This document shows, piece after piece, positions 12,494-25,146 of a stretch of 64,000 bases of DNA. The notes under the pieces were generated by a model, which ran no database searches, had not been told where the DNA came from, and saw only the letters and a program-made list of their open reading frames with translations. The DNA is from Macrostomum lignano (taxonomy: Eukaryota), in assembly GCA_002269645.1 (NCBI GenBank), contig NIVC01003792.1:1-64000 (forward strand). The letters run 5' to 3'. Made by a program: the position numbers and the translations under genes. Positions within the stretch are counted from its first letter, which is position 1, and each line of letters opens with the position of its first letter.

Positions 12494-14414
12494 ATTTGCT
12501 TACTAAGTTGGCCTATAGTACACGTATTTTATATCGAATATCGCTAATAGCAGCCATTTCTACCATTTTTGCTGCTTTTTCATACATTTCTGCTCGTTGC
12601 ATCGCAACGCTTCTACCTAAAAATACGAGTCGCATGTCGTTACAGAGATAACATCAAGGCGCATTCATCCAATGCATTTTCAAATTATGTCAACAAATTT
12701 TTCGGCTGCTAGGCGCCAAAATATTAATTTTCACCTGTTCTGACAGGTAATCAAACAGGTATTAAGACCTGTTAACCTAAGAATCAGTTTTCAAAACTGA
12801 TTTAGCTGCATAATGCATCCATAGTGCTGTTTTTAGACACCAAACTTGAGTCTCTAGGTCTCGCCAATGCAGAGTTATTAGCAAAAGTATGCTCAAAATT
12901 TGCCCAAAAATGGCCTACTCAAAATTCGGAGCCAATTTTCTCAAAAATACGAATTTTCCAGCCATATTGGCGTATGACCGGTGTAACTTTAGCTATTCGA
13001 CTAAACAATATTGAAAATGCAGAAAAATCGGTGCGCAAAAATTCTTATTTTTCGACTTCAAAGTTTGTACCCCCAAATGGGCCGTTTTTCACTTAACAGG
13101 TAAAAAGTACCTGTTAACAGGGGTTTTTTCATGAGTGTCTTATGTCATTCAAAAGAGCATCCAATAGGCTACAATTTGACACTACACTCGAAAAAATTCG
13201 CCCCATTTTAAAAAATTTTCCTTAACAACGTCTGATTTTCTGCAGAGCCCCCGGCCTCTTTTTTCCCTGGTTTCCGGGTCACTGCTCAGCACAGGTAGGT
13301 CCAAATGCTTAGAAAATTCAAGAAAACAAATTTCCATATGTTTGACACGTTGTGTTAAAGTCTCAACACCGTAGCTTAAAACGCTTTCTTATTTTTTGGG
13401 ACTACTTTTTAAAAACGTGACCCAGTTTTTCGAAAACGTCGTTTTTAGGCACTCTTTGGCACCTGGGCAAGTTATTAATGGCCCAATCGGCCAGATCTCA
13501 ATGTTTCCGAATAGAAGACATCCATTTGAGTGATTTGGTGTAGAAATATTAAAAAATAAAGTTTTCCATCTCGACGCCATAGGCCTCACAAAAGTGCACT
13601 AAAAATTTGTACTTTTAAAGTGCAGATAGGCAGCCATGTGAAAAGTACATTTTAGCCCTAAAAACTATAGCGCATCAAACAGCCCCAGGTGTTATTGACG
13701 CTATGAGGCAGCTCAAAGGCCGCGCTATCGCGCGTCCTTTTCGCTGCGGTGAGGCAAAGTTGAAAAAAATGCCGATTTTTCGACCTCAAAAAACACGTTT
13801 TTTGTACTTTTAGCCTAGACGTTAAAGTACAATCAAAAAATCCATTTCTGATCATTGTAGCGTTCGAATGCCCGCGTTTACTGAGCCAGCCCGCTAAGCG
13901 CTGCCATATTCTCAATCCTTATTTTTTGAGATCAAATTTTTTGACAATGTAGAAAAAACGCAGTTTTTGGTTGCCATGGCAACCAAAACGCGTTGCCATG
14001 GCAACCAACTATTGTGCATCCGATAGCGCTAGGTCTTTGACACATTTTGGCAAAAACTGTTTGTAAATCAGTCGTACCGTTTTTTATTGGCAGCGTTTAA
14101 AAGTTGAAAAACGTCATTTTCCTATGTGACACCGTTGCTACATCTTATCAGGGACGATTTCGCAAAAGTAAGCACCATAGAAAAAAATTCTCGCTTCGCT
14201 CGCCTTTTTTTCTATACTACTTACTGGCTCATCGTCCCACAACTAGGCTAGCTAGACCATAGACCATAGACTGAACTACCCAAGCCCGGACTAGCTAGTC
14301 TGGACTAGTGAATGAAGACGCTGTCGTCTTCAAAGGTGGGACGATGGTTTATATTGTGTCCATTATTGTTTATGGCTATGACATCTATTTATTTAACCTA
14401 AATTGAGAGCTAAA

Positions 14415-15858
14415 AAGCCCCCACGCCCCTGGCATTAGTTAGTCTAGTGGTATAGTAGGGGGCTGGCCGCCCCCACGCCCCTGGCATTAGTTAGTCTAGT
14501 GGTATAGTAGGGGGCTGGCCGCCCCCACGCCCCTGGCATTTATTAGTCTAGTGGTATAGTGGGGGCTGACCGCCCCCACGCCCCTGGCATTTATTAGTCT
14601 AGTGGTATAGTGGGGGCTGGCCGCCCCCCACGCCCCTGGCATTAGTTAGTCTAGTGGTATAGTGGTATAGTGGGGGCTGGCCGCCCCCACGCCCCTGGCA
14701 TTAGTTAGTCTAGTGGTATAGTGGGGGGCTGGCCGCCCCCCACGCCCCTGGCATTAGTTAGTCTAGTGGTATAGTAGGGGGCTGGCCGCCCCCACGCCCC
14801 TGGCATTAGTTAGTCTAGTGGTATAGTGGGGGCTGGCCGCCCCCCACGCCCCTGGCATTAGTTAATCTAGTGGTATAGTGGGGGGCTGGCCGCCCCCCAC
14901 GCCCCTGGCATTAGTTAGTCTAGTGGTATAGTGGTATAGTGGGGGCTGGCCGCCCCCACGCCCCTGGCATTAGTTAGTCTAGTGGTATAGTGGGGGGCTC
15001 GCCGCCCCCCACGCCCCTGGCATTAGTTAGTCTAGTGGTATAGTGGGGGCTGGCCGCCCCCACGCCCCTGGCATTAGTTAGTCTAGTGGTATAGTGGGGG
15101 GCTGGCCGCCCCCACGCCCCTGGCATTAGTTAATCTAGTGGTATAGTGGGAGGCTGGCCGCCCCCCACGCCCCTGGCATTAGTTAGTCCAGTGGTATAGT
15201 GGTATAGTGGGGGGCTGGCCGCCCCCCACGCCCCTGGCATTAGTTAGTCTAGTGGTATAGTAGGGGGCTGGCCGCCCCCCACGCCCCTGGCATTAGTTAG
15301 TCTAGTGGTATAGTGGGGGCTGGCCGCCCCCCACGCCCCTGGCATTAGTTAGTCTAGTGGTATAGTGGTATAGTGGGGGCTGGCCGCCCCCACGCCCCTG
15401 GCATTAGTTAGTCTAGTGGTATAGTGGGGGGCTGGCCGCCCCCACGCCCCTGGCATTAGTTAGTCTAGTGGTATAGTGGGGGCTGGCCGCCCCCCACGCC
15501 CCTGGCATTAGTTAGTCTAGTGGTATAGTGGGGGCTGCATGGCCCCCCCCCACGCCCTGGCATTTATTAGTCTAGTGGTATAGTGGGGGCTCGCCGCCCC
15601 CAGGCCCCTGGCATTAGTTAGTCTAGTGGTATAGTGGGGGCTCGCCGCCCCCACGCCCCTGGCATTAGTTAGTCTAGTGGTATAGTGGGGGCTGGCCGCC
15701 CCCACGCCCCTGGCATTAGTTAGTCTAGTGGTATAGTGGGGGGCTGGCCGCCCCCCACGCCCCTGGCATTAGTTAGTCTAGTGGTATAGTGGGGGGCTGG
15801 CCGCCCCCACGCCCCTGGCATTAGTTAGTCTAGTGGTAAAGGGGGGCTGGCTCCCCCA
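14415..15858. repeat. Type A ~58-60 bp minisatellite in unit 5 (about 24-25 copies)
   Basis: Direct reading; variant repeats occur in the same order as in 10668-12110. Confidence 0.97.
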
Positions 15859-16173
15859 CCGCTCCACCACCCTCGAGAACTTTTCCCACATCTAAACACG
15901 TCTTTGTAATATGTTACAACTATATTCTAGCCTTCAAACGACCAGACATCAAATACTTGCTTGCCGACATGTATCGTAATATACTTTTTGCACTAACAAT
16001 CATACGTGCCGCACTAAAAGATTCACTGTTACTTTTTAAATACGTATAAAAAGAAAAATAAATTTAAATAAATGTAATTTAATTGTATAAAAAACATAAT
16101 AGTTAGAGAAATAAAAATACAAAAAATCTGGATTCTGTTTGCTCTAAAAGAACTTTAAACTAAAAAATTTTTC

Positions 16174-16240
16174 GGATCTCTTGGGAATCGAACCCTGCAG
16201 CACTCAATTGTATGGAAACTAACTCTGCCACTGAGCCACA
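16174..16240 (-). ncRNA. tRNA-like Pol III cassette, variant A (unit 5)
   Basis: Identical to 944-1008. Confidence 0.6.
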
Positions 16241-19200
16241 ATTTGCTTACTAAGTTGGCCTATAGTACACGTATTTTATATCGAATATCGCTAATAGCAG
16301 CCATTTCTACCATTTTTGCTGCTTTTTCATACATTTCTGCTCGTTGCATCGCAACGCTTCTACCTAAAAATACGAGTCGCATGTCGTTACAGAGATAACA
16401 TCAAGGCGCATTCATCCAATGCATTTTCAAATTATGTCAACAAATTTTTCGGCTGCTAGGCGCCAAAATATTAATTTTCACCTGTTCTGACAGGTAATCA
16501 AACAGGTATTAAGACCTGTTAACCTAAGAATCAGTTTTCAAAACTGATTTAGCTGCATAATGCATCCATAGTGCTGTTTTTAGACACCAAACTTGAGTCT
16601 CTAGGTCTCGCCAATGCAGAGTTATTAGCAAAAGTATGCTCAAAATTTGCCCAAAAATGGCCTACTCAAAATTCGGAGCCAATTTTCTCAAAAATACGAA
16701 TTTTCCAGCCATATTGGCGTATGACCGGTGTAACTTTAGCTATTCGACTAAACAATATTGAAAATGCAGAAAAATCGGTGCGCAAAAATTCTTATTTTTC
16801 GACTTCAAAGTTTGTACCCCAAATGGGCCGTTTTTCACTTAACAGGTAAAAAGTACCTGTTAACAGGGGTTTTTTCATGAGTGTCTTATGTCATTCAAAA
16901 GAGCATCCAATAGGCTACAATTTGACACTACACTCGAAAAAATTCGCCCCATTTTAAAAAATTTTCCTTAACAACGTCTGATTTTCTGCAGAGCCCCCGG
17001 CCTCTTTTTTCCCTGGTTTCCGGGTCACTGCTCAGCACAGGTAGGTCCAAATGCTTAGAAAATTCAAGAAAACAAATTTCCATATGTTTGACACGTTGTG
17101 TTAAAGTCTCAACACCGTAGCTTAAAACGCTTTCTTATTTTTTGGGACTACTTTTTAAAAACGTGACCCAGTTTTTCGAAAACGTCGTTTTTAGGCACTC
17201 TTTGGCACCTGGGCAAGTTATTAATGGCCCAATCGGCCCGATCTCAACATTTCCGAATAGAGGACATCCTGTTGAGTGATTTGGTATAGAAAAAGTAAAA
17301 AATAAACTTTTCCATCTCGACGAGATAGGCCTTTCAAAAGTGTTCTAAAAGTTTGTACTTTTAAAGTGCAGATAGGCAGCCATGTGAAAAGTACATTTTA
17401 GCCCAAAAAACTATAGCGCATCAAACAGCCCCAAGTGTTTTTAAGGCTAGGAGGCAGCTCAAAGGCCGCGCTATCGCGCGTCCTTTTCGCTGCGGTGAGG
17501 CAAAGTTGAAAAAAATGCCAAATTTTCGACCTCAAAAAACACGTTTTTTGTACTTTTAGCCTAGACGTTATAGTACAATCAAAAAATTCATTTCGGATCA
17601 TTGTAGCGTTTAAATGCCCGCGTTTACTGAGCCCACTCGCTAAGCGCTGCCATATTTTCCTGCCTCTGTAATTGAGATCAAAGTTTTTGAAAAAGTTGAA
17701 AAAACGCAGTTTTTGGTTGCCATGGCAACCAAAACGCATTGCCATGGCAACCAACTATTGTGCATCCGATAGCGCTAGGTCTTTGACACATTCTGGCAAA
17801 AACTGTTTGTAAATCGGTCGTACCGTTTTTTATTGGCAGCGTTTCAAAGTTGAAAAACGTCATTTTTAGTGTGTCACATCTGTTGCACATCTTATCAGGG
17901 ACGATTTCGCAAAAGTAAGCAGTATAGAAAAAAATTCTCGCTTCGCTCGCATTTTTTTCTATACTACTTACTGGCTCATCGTCCCACAACTAGGCTTTCT
18001 GCATACGGCCCTATGTAACTACCGCTCTATTGTAACGGACGCTACTGGTGCTACAAGCGTACGCATTTGACAATTAAAGAATACCAACGACAAGACCGGG
18101 TACAAGTACTTTCAAAATTATGCAGCTGATAACTACCTTAACGATTGTGCTTTTGTGCGCCTCGGAAAACTCTAATTGCGACTAAGAAGCGCTAGCTTTT
18201 AAAGCGTCTCAACAACGCGGCACTTAAGTATGTACTAACTATAACAAAAAGGACATCCGTGTTAACTTAGATTCTGAGTGTTTTGCCTCAGGAAGCCGAT
18301 CAAGGCTAAAAAATCAGGCAAGGATAAAAGCAGCTCTAGCTATAGTTAAAGAGGCTGGTTTGCCCAGCAAAAGCAGTTATTGTTTATGCCAAGAAAAGCG
18401 TGGAAAGAACTTTGCCTTTGCCTCTACGTGTGTATGCGGGTACATTGACGGAAAATAGCCAGTAACAACACTGAAAATACGTAACACTGGGTGTTCTAAA
18501 TGGATCGATCTGCGATGGCGTTTCTATACTTTTAATTGTTCGAATGACGCAGTACAGAGAGTCAACAAACAGCACCATATACGAGTGTAGCTTCACTATA
18601 CCACTTGAATGAATGTATCGATCACGATGGTCTCTGCATTACTCTATCAGTCTCTCTTTCATTGCACTCCGCAATTATTTGCGGACTATTGTGATGACTC
18701 TCGATCTGGAAGGTGAAATCAACGATCAACCAAAATAAGCAAAACTTTATTGGGATGAAAGCCACAAAATATTCGGTATTGCATGGCGCAAACTGTTAAA
18801 TCGAAGCTGTTTCAAAGCAGCTTACGAGCAAGTAGATTCTGTTTGCATTCACCGATTGACACATTTACGAGCATGCCAATTACATTCTCGGAAAATGTAC
18901 TTCAAGTCACTGAGTGGGGCTCATTTTTCACACACCGAATCTATTGTTTTAGAAATTCTCAACATAATTTCCGGTAGAATCACGCATCGAAGCACTCCCT
19001 AAGGATTGTTTTTTTCCCAATCGGTGCAGCTCATTCCGCAGAGCATCGACAAGCTCCTCCTTTTTAAAGTCAAAGATCCTCCGCTTAAATTTCTCCTTCA
19101 TTCTGAAGAATAGAAGGAAACAGAAAAGCGCCAGGTCAAGGGCAGCAGAGCGGGTTGCATGGTGACTGTTGAACTCCTGTTTTATTCTTTGACTTTGAGA

Positions 19201-19970
19201 GCTAGAGAGCCCATCAGCAGCTCCAGAAACAACTGTGGTAAGCACACCGTACTGTACCATTCAGCCGGCACAGTCGCCACCTGATTGAGCACAACGGGCA
19301 AAAGGAAAGTTTGCCAATGTTTGAAGCATCCTTTGCGAAACTTGATTGAAGCATCCTCGGCATCGCTGACCCACTGACGGATCTGCTGTTTAGCCTCAGG
19401 GTCATAGAAGTACCTAAGTTTCGCCACCTGTGGGAATTTAATCCACCAAGTTCGATTGCCCTCCATTGAACTTGGCAAGCATGAACTGGGCGAACTCGAC
19501 TTTACTCCCCGTTCACTCTGCATTTGGCTGATGTAGCAGATTTTTGTGTAGGATCTTAATAACTGTTGAATCCTACACTCCAAAAAGTGCTATAGTTAAA
19601 GAATTGCCATACGCTGATCTATGTCCTGTATTTTCCGCTCAACTTTAGCCACTACGGTGCATCATAACGTTGGGACGATTGCGGAGACTTCAACTTAATG
19701 GCTTTGGTCGAAATTTGATCAATGCCACACAATGCGACGAAGACTATCGCACATAATACTAGCAAATACGAGCGTAGTTAAATCTTTAGAAATATAAGAA
19801 CTTTATTTGGATCGAAAATTTGATTCCATAATTAGTGCCCATAGCCCTGAGGCAGCCATCGTCTTGAAACTGAAGACATGCAACGCTTGAAAGTTCATTT
19901 AGATAAAAGTACACCGCACGCATGCAGTGCTGCAACTGACAGTACATGAAAGCTATCTGCACAGACTTAC

Positions 19971-20149
19971 CATCGGCCTCTTGTTGATTGCTGAATGATT
20001 CGAACAGAGTCGAATTGCCGACGCCACCGACCAGGTCTACTGCACTCGGCGGCTCGCGCTGCGGGCCCTGCAGCTCGGCCTCTTCGGCTTTCCTCTCCTC
20101 TCTCGGACTGTCCGTCAGGCCGCACTCCTCTTCTTCAATTAGCGATTGG
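19971..20149 (-). CDS. Putative internal exon (acidic, cytoplasmic tail) of an unknown single-pass membrane protein
   Basis: Acceptor TTCTGTTTTCCCAG and donor GTAAGT; reads QSLIEEEECGLTDSPREERKAEEAELQG..; phase-compatible with 23516-23680. Confidence 0.55.
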
Positions 20150-21078
20150 CTGGGAAAACAGAATTTTTTCGTCTGATTAGCAGCTATTACTTTTAGGAGA
20201 TCGAATCTGCTTTTTGGCGTCGGTAATAATGCCTACTTACTTGAACCGCCCCATCTGTATATTAATTTCTATATACGCTCGCATGGATGGACGGATATTT
20301 GAAATAAGTGCACGGCCAGCAGTGGGAGACTCAACAGTGGAGTACAAGCTATAGGCTGCAGAAGCAGCAATTAATTCCTCCCTAAAGACAAAAAATTTGT
20401 CTCGCTTAGCTAACTCCCCGCCGAAGCCCGCCGGCCGCTGTAATTAAAGAGAAAGGCAAAGCAGAGAAGAAGAGAGCGGGAAAAAGAGAAAGTGAGGACG
20501 AGTTACTGAGCCGCCGAATTTGTCAGCTTTTCTCACTCTCGCAGGTCGGACTCGCGCGAAAGGGAGCAGGATTTAGGGGGGGAGTGGCAGGTATTTACAA
20601 ATTGCGGGCACGCTGGGCTTGGCACCTGGCGCTGGCCTGGCCTAGACAACTCGGCACGCTCGGCAAGATTTATCTCCTGATGAAATTCAGCACAAAGCCG
20701 ACAAAAATAGTTCGGAAATTCTTTTGGATGTTTTATTTTAGGGATCTTTACAGAAACATATTTACCTGAGGCAAGCCGAGATAAAGTTAGTTGTCGGCCA
20801 ATCTTCAGCCAGTGCATCCACGTGGATGTACAACAAGTAACTTAGAAGCCGCTACACTCGCAATTCGTGCGATTGTCTTTTCGACAACTGTGTTTTGCTT
20901 GTTGCCAGATCTATAGACAGCTGAGATATTGTTAATTTTCTGGTGAACGAAAAAATTTCTGTCCTGTTTAAGCAGCTTCAGCGAAAACTGGCCTTTCAGT
21001 TAAAAAAATTTTCACGACTTGCGAGTGTAGCGAATTCCTACTTCAATGGTTCATGGTATGCCCGCCTGTAGTTCTGCA

Positions 21079-21471
21079 CAAGTACCCATCTCCCCAAGTA
21101 CCCATCTCCCCAAGTACCCATCTCCCCAAGTACCCATCTCCCCAAGTACCCATCTCCCCAAGTACCCATCTCCCCAAGTACCCATCTCCCCAAGTACCCA
21201 TCTCCCCAAGTACCCATCTCCCCAAGTACCCATCTCCCCAAGTACCCATCTCCCCAAGTACCCATCTCCCCAAGTACCCATCTCCCCAAGTACCCATCTC
21301 CCCAAGTACCCATCTCCCCAAGTACCCATCTCCCCAAGTACCCATCTCCCCAAGTACCCATCTCCCCAAGTACCCATCTCCCCAAGTACCCATCTCCCCA
21401 AGTACCCATCTCCCCAAGTACCCATCTCCCCAAGTACCCATCTCCCCAAGTACCCATCTCCCCAAGTACCC
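21079..21471. repeat. Perfect 16-bp minisatellite (CAAGTACCCATCTCCC)n, about 24.5 copies
   Basis: Direct reading; no variant copies seen. Confidence 0.98.
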
Positions 21472-23515
21472 AGCTGCTCCGATCTGTAAGCAGCAATTGT
21501 CTCTGCATAGTGTAGGACTGATAACCCCCTCTCCATGAACTTGAATGCTTAAAAGCCTATTTTTAGGGTTTCAGAAGAAAACGCAATGATGCGATTTGAC
21601 AAGTCTGTCTGGTAGCAAATTGACGCGTCAGCCGCCCATTGTATTGCAGCAGCAGGTTTGCCAGCTCTTTGCATCCGTCATCCTGAGAGCCCCCCGACTG
21701 TTCCCATCAACTCGGTTCTGCAAACGTACTCATTTTGACAGTAGTAAAGAATATTCCTCAAGGCACGCAAGTGGGACGTTTTCATGCCAGGAAAAATTTT
21801 GACAGATAGGAGCAGAGACGCGGCAAGGGCGGGGTCGAGGCGGGGCATCAGCTGCTGCAGAAATTCAGGTACAGCGCGAGGCTCCCCGCGCCTCATTTCC
21901 TGATTCATTCGTGTTGAAAAAGCAACCTCAGACCGTTCTCTACTCAGTTTCCACCCTTGAGTCTACCGGCCTTTCCCTCGGCTGCCATTCTCTTTGTTCT
22001 TTTTCTTTATAGACACAAAATCAAGCCAGAGCATCAGTAGCCGCGCTAACAACCTATCCTTTCTTTCTCGGACTGCTAAGACTGACCGAACAGCTCAGTC
22101 AGATGGAAACATCACATTTTGCATTCATTATACTAGACTGTACAATCTTCAGGTACTCATGTGAAACACCCAGTCGATTCTGTTTGAGCCTGATGTCTCA
22201 TCCAATTCATTGATCTAATCCCAATTACAAGCCGTGCATGGCTGCTCCTCTCATGTCAGCAACATCCGTGATCTTCTATCCTATTATTTTCAGCTAGCAG
22301 CAGAGTGCGGGTTGTTTTATTTAAATAAATTTTCAAAAAGCAAGTATTGCGTCGCATCATTTCGAGCGCTACCATCAGTAAAAGTATCTGTGAACGGACG
22401 AACTAACCAGCTGCAGTAGGTATTGGAGAGCTAAAATTCTAACAAGATTACAGTAGACATCAAATTGTCAGTTTTACTGTGCATATTTTCTGTTCTGTAG
22501 CTCGTATTGATTAGCCTTCGAGCCAAAATGCGAAGGCGTTTTACGGCTGGATAGCAATAAACTAAGGGCTACGAGCTACGAAATTCCTTCCTAATGCGTC
22601 GTCTTAATTTCTACGGCTGGCTTCTACCCTGATAACTGGCAGGGTTCCTTCAAAGCCAAGGAAAAGGAAGCAACGAGAGAGAGGAGACGGAAAACTATGG
22701 GAAATCTTCCCCTTAACTGGGCTGCGACAGATGGCCGACGTTCTTAGTTAAGCCTCGTCATCCTCGCAGAGTTGAGGCAACGGAAGGAACGTAAAAAATC
22801 AGCATCTATCTCTCATGCGGCCTGTAAAAGTTAATTAACAACAGGAACCGTGGGACCGATTTTTGCCCAGTTCAAGGAAACCTTGCAGGCGGGAGTTTTC
22901 TATTTTCAACTTCGAAAACTCCCAGCTAGTAGGTCAGTTGCGTCAGTTCCGCGACCCCCTGAACGCACTTGCGTGCCCGAACTCTAGCCGGTAAACAGTC
23001 AATACGAGTTTGGAAAGTTCATCTTACATGGGAAACTCAATTTTCATTGATGCTAACCACATTTAATGCCTCTTAAACTGTATTTATAAACTTTGCTACC
23101 CTTCAATCAATTCTCTTAGAGGTCCCACAGTGTTCCAGCTAGCTGCGAAGGCGTAATCAATACAGCTGTAACATTGAGCCTTTCTTAAAAGTTCATACAC
23201 TTCCTTGACAGTTTTCATTCCCTTCTCAAAACGTGTCTGCGCACCTTACCTACACTCGTAGCTATCCTAACGGCTTGAACTTTCGTATTGATCCAGCTAC
23301 CTCATGACTCTCCTTTTAAGTGTAACTATTGCTCCTTGTTTCACCTTTTCTGTCTTTCTCTCTCTCCAGTTCAATCAATAGCTAATCTTTTTTTTTAAAA
23401 ACGTGACCTAATATTACAGATCAGGTGCCTTTCTGGCTCGTACACTTGGAAATCATACAGTTCTATATCAGGTACTCTGATTGAAGCTGATTTTTGAAAC
23501 AAAAATTGTTCTTAC

Positions 23516-23680
23516 CCTCTTTGGTAGGGCTCCATGGTTGAGCAGTCCATCCAGCTTGGTGTCTCGGAGCACGAGAAGCTGTCCAGCTCCTGCGGGATGG
23601 CGGCCGAACTGCCGTAGGCGTACGTACCGCTGTGTTTGCGACTGGAATTGTGTTTGGGAGTTCGGAGACTGGTTGTGAGG
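23516..23680 (-). CDS. Putative internal exon of the same membrane-protein gene
   Basis: Donor GTAAGA; the frame LTTSLRTPKHNSSRKHSGTYAYGSSAAIPQELDSFSCSETPSWMDCSTMEPYQR is open; 1+162+2 nt matches the phases on both sides; the acceptor choice is uncertain. Confidence 0.45.
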
Positions 23681-25146
23681 CTGCCGTCAAGCTGAGTACC
23701 CGGAGCTCTCTAGACTGCTCAGAGCTGACTTCCTGTCCCAGCTGACAGCTCTTCCTGCCTCCGCTGGCAATTGCTCAATTCGGATGCATACAGGGATCGT
23801 GGCACGTGACTCGGGGGGGGGACTCATGCCCTCAGTTCAGACTGTCACCACTGTCTCTAGCGGCCAGTTAGAACTCAAGCCAAGCCATCCATTCATTACG
23901 TTCAATAAATATCCATACACTTGTCTTCCAGGTAAGCCCTCCTGAGAAGTGCACTGCCAACAAGACAAATGAGGGACAGAGTTAAACCCTTTATCTCGAG
24001 CGCAGGCGCGCGTACAAGAGAAGCGAGCTGAAGGGAAAGTCATTTTGCGCGCGAGAGAAGCAGCCCCCTACCCGCGGCATATGTCTGCAAACATGAATAC
24101 TTCATATTTTCCCCGGAGGCTCAAGATGCTGATTAAAGAGAGTTTCTACCCAACTGTGCATAATTAATCGCCTATCCATCAATTATCAACAGAGCGCGCG
24201 CTTACTGAAGGTTATGAATGATCCCGAAATCCCCCAAAATAAAGGGGATAAAAATAAATTTCTAAGAAACAGCATAGAATGACGGCGAAGGCGAGTCGCA
24301 TTTGCAGTCCCGAACTTAGTGCAGCTGTCAGGCATATCGATAGCAGCTTCCTGCATTTCTGAGCCCAGAGAGACTGGCTTCAGTTGGATGAATTGAATTT
24401 TCTGATTTTCTCCCAGAAGATTTTCTGCGCAATTTCTGTAGCGTCTGTCTGAGCGGGCTTAAAAGCTCGCTAATCTCTCGAATTCTTTCGTCTTGGCAGT
24501 TGATTTTTTTTGCAAGCACAATGCTCCGGGAAATATTCTGAGCAAATATTTATCGTCTAAAATTAATAAATTCTGTCTTGGCCAAGCTAAACTGCAAACC
24601 TTGGATAACATTATTGAAAAGTGCCAGCAAAGTTAAGCAGCATTGGCCGCGGATAGCACACAGAGAGGCAGATAAAGCTGAGCCTCACAGTTTATCTGCT
24701 GCGGTAGGGTTGCAGCTCTGAGCAATGGGTCCTTTACGAGTGAAATTAGATAAGTTACCAAAATCTACTGGCAAAATTTTAGCATGGATCCTTTTTTTAG
24801 ATCATAATAAAAAATGAGTGGCAATTAGGATAAAAGAATGAGGGTAGCAATTAGACAAACTTTGATTATAGACGAATCAAATAATTGATTTGCGGACAAA
24901 GTTCTGACTGAGTCCAGCTTATTTAATTTTTCATTTTATTTACCTACTTTTTTACAATTCGTACCTAATACCGGAAACTGAAGATCGTTAATTTTTATTT
25001 CATTTTATGCCTTTTATGCAAAGAAGCCCCCCCCCCAACCGCGGCTGTTCATCACTTCAGAGTGTATATTTTTGGTGAATTTAGATTGTATCCATATTGA
25101 ACGAAAAATCAACTTCAGCTTATGGAGATATTTGAAAGCAGTATAT

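Larger units (their letters stand above)
1..17993 (-). mobile_element. Tandem array of five non-autonomous rolling-circle (Helentron/HINE- or Helitron-like) units, 3.7-4.05 kb each; first unit truncated by the window edge
   Basis: The junction motif CTGGCTCATCGTCCCACAACTAG ends at 2734, 6784, 10499, 14246 and 17993 (spacing 4050, 3715, 3747, 3747). An 11-bp asymmetric inverted repeat CATCGTCCCAC/GTGGGACGATG (2718-2728 and 2763-2773) flanks a GAAGAC..GTCTTC hairpin. A second hairpin TATAGAAAAAA..TTTTTTCTATA with a CGCTTCGCTCGC core lies next to it. Internal minisatellites are present and there is no transposase ORF. Strand follows the subTIR+hairpin (Helentron) model; a plus-strand Helitron ending in CTAG also fits. 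Confidence 0.7.

Noticed and set aside
1-15858. Regular repeats resembling a CRISPR array
   Set aside because: Contiguous tandem repeats without unique spacers, in a eukaryotic context with no cas genes.
1012-17989. Numerous short ORFs in the array (e.g. MLFLDTKLES.., MAGKFVFL.., NNN/QQQ/PPP-rich ORFs)
   Set aside because: They recur only because the DNA is repeated, break at homopolymer indels between copies, and show no domain motifs; there is no Rep/helicase signature.
18949-19583. Two overlapping minus-strand ORFs with helical-looking sequence
   Set aside because: No recognisable motif and no acceptor in phase with the 19971 exon; may be a gene or TE remnant but cannot be supported.
21038-21538. 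Long ORFs in several frames
   Set aside because: Artefacts of a stop-free 16-bp repeat.
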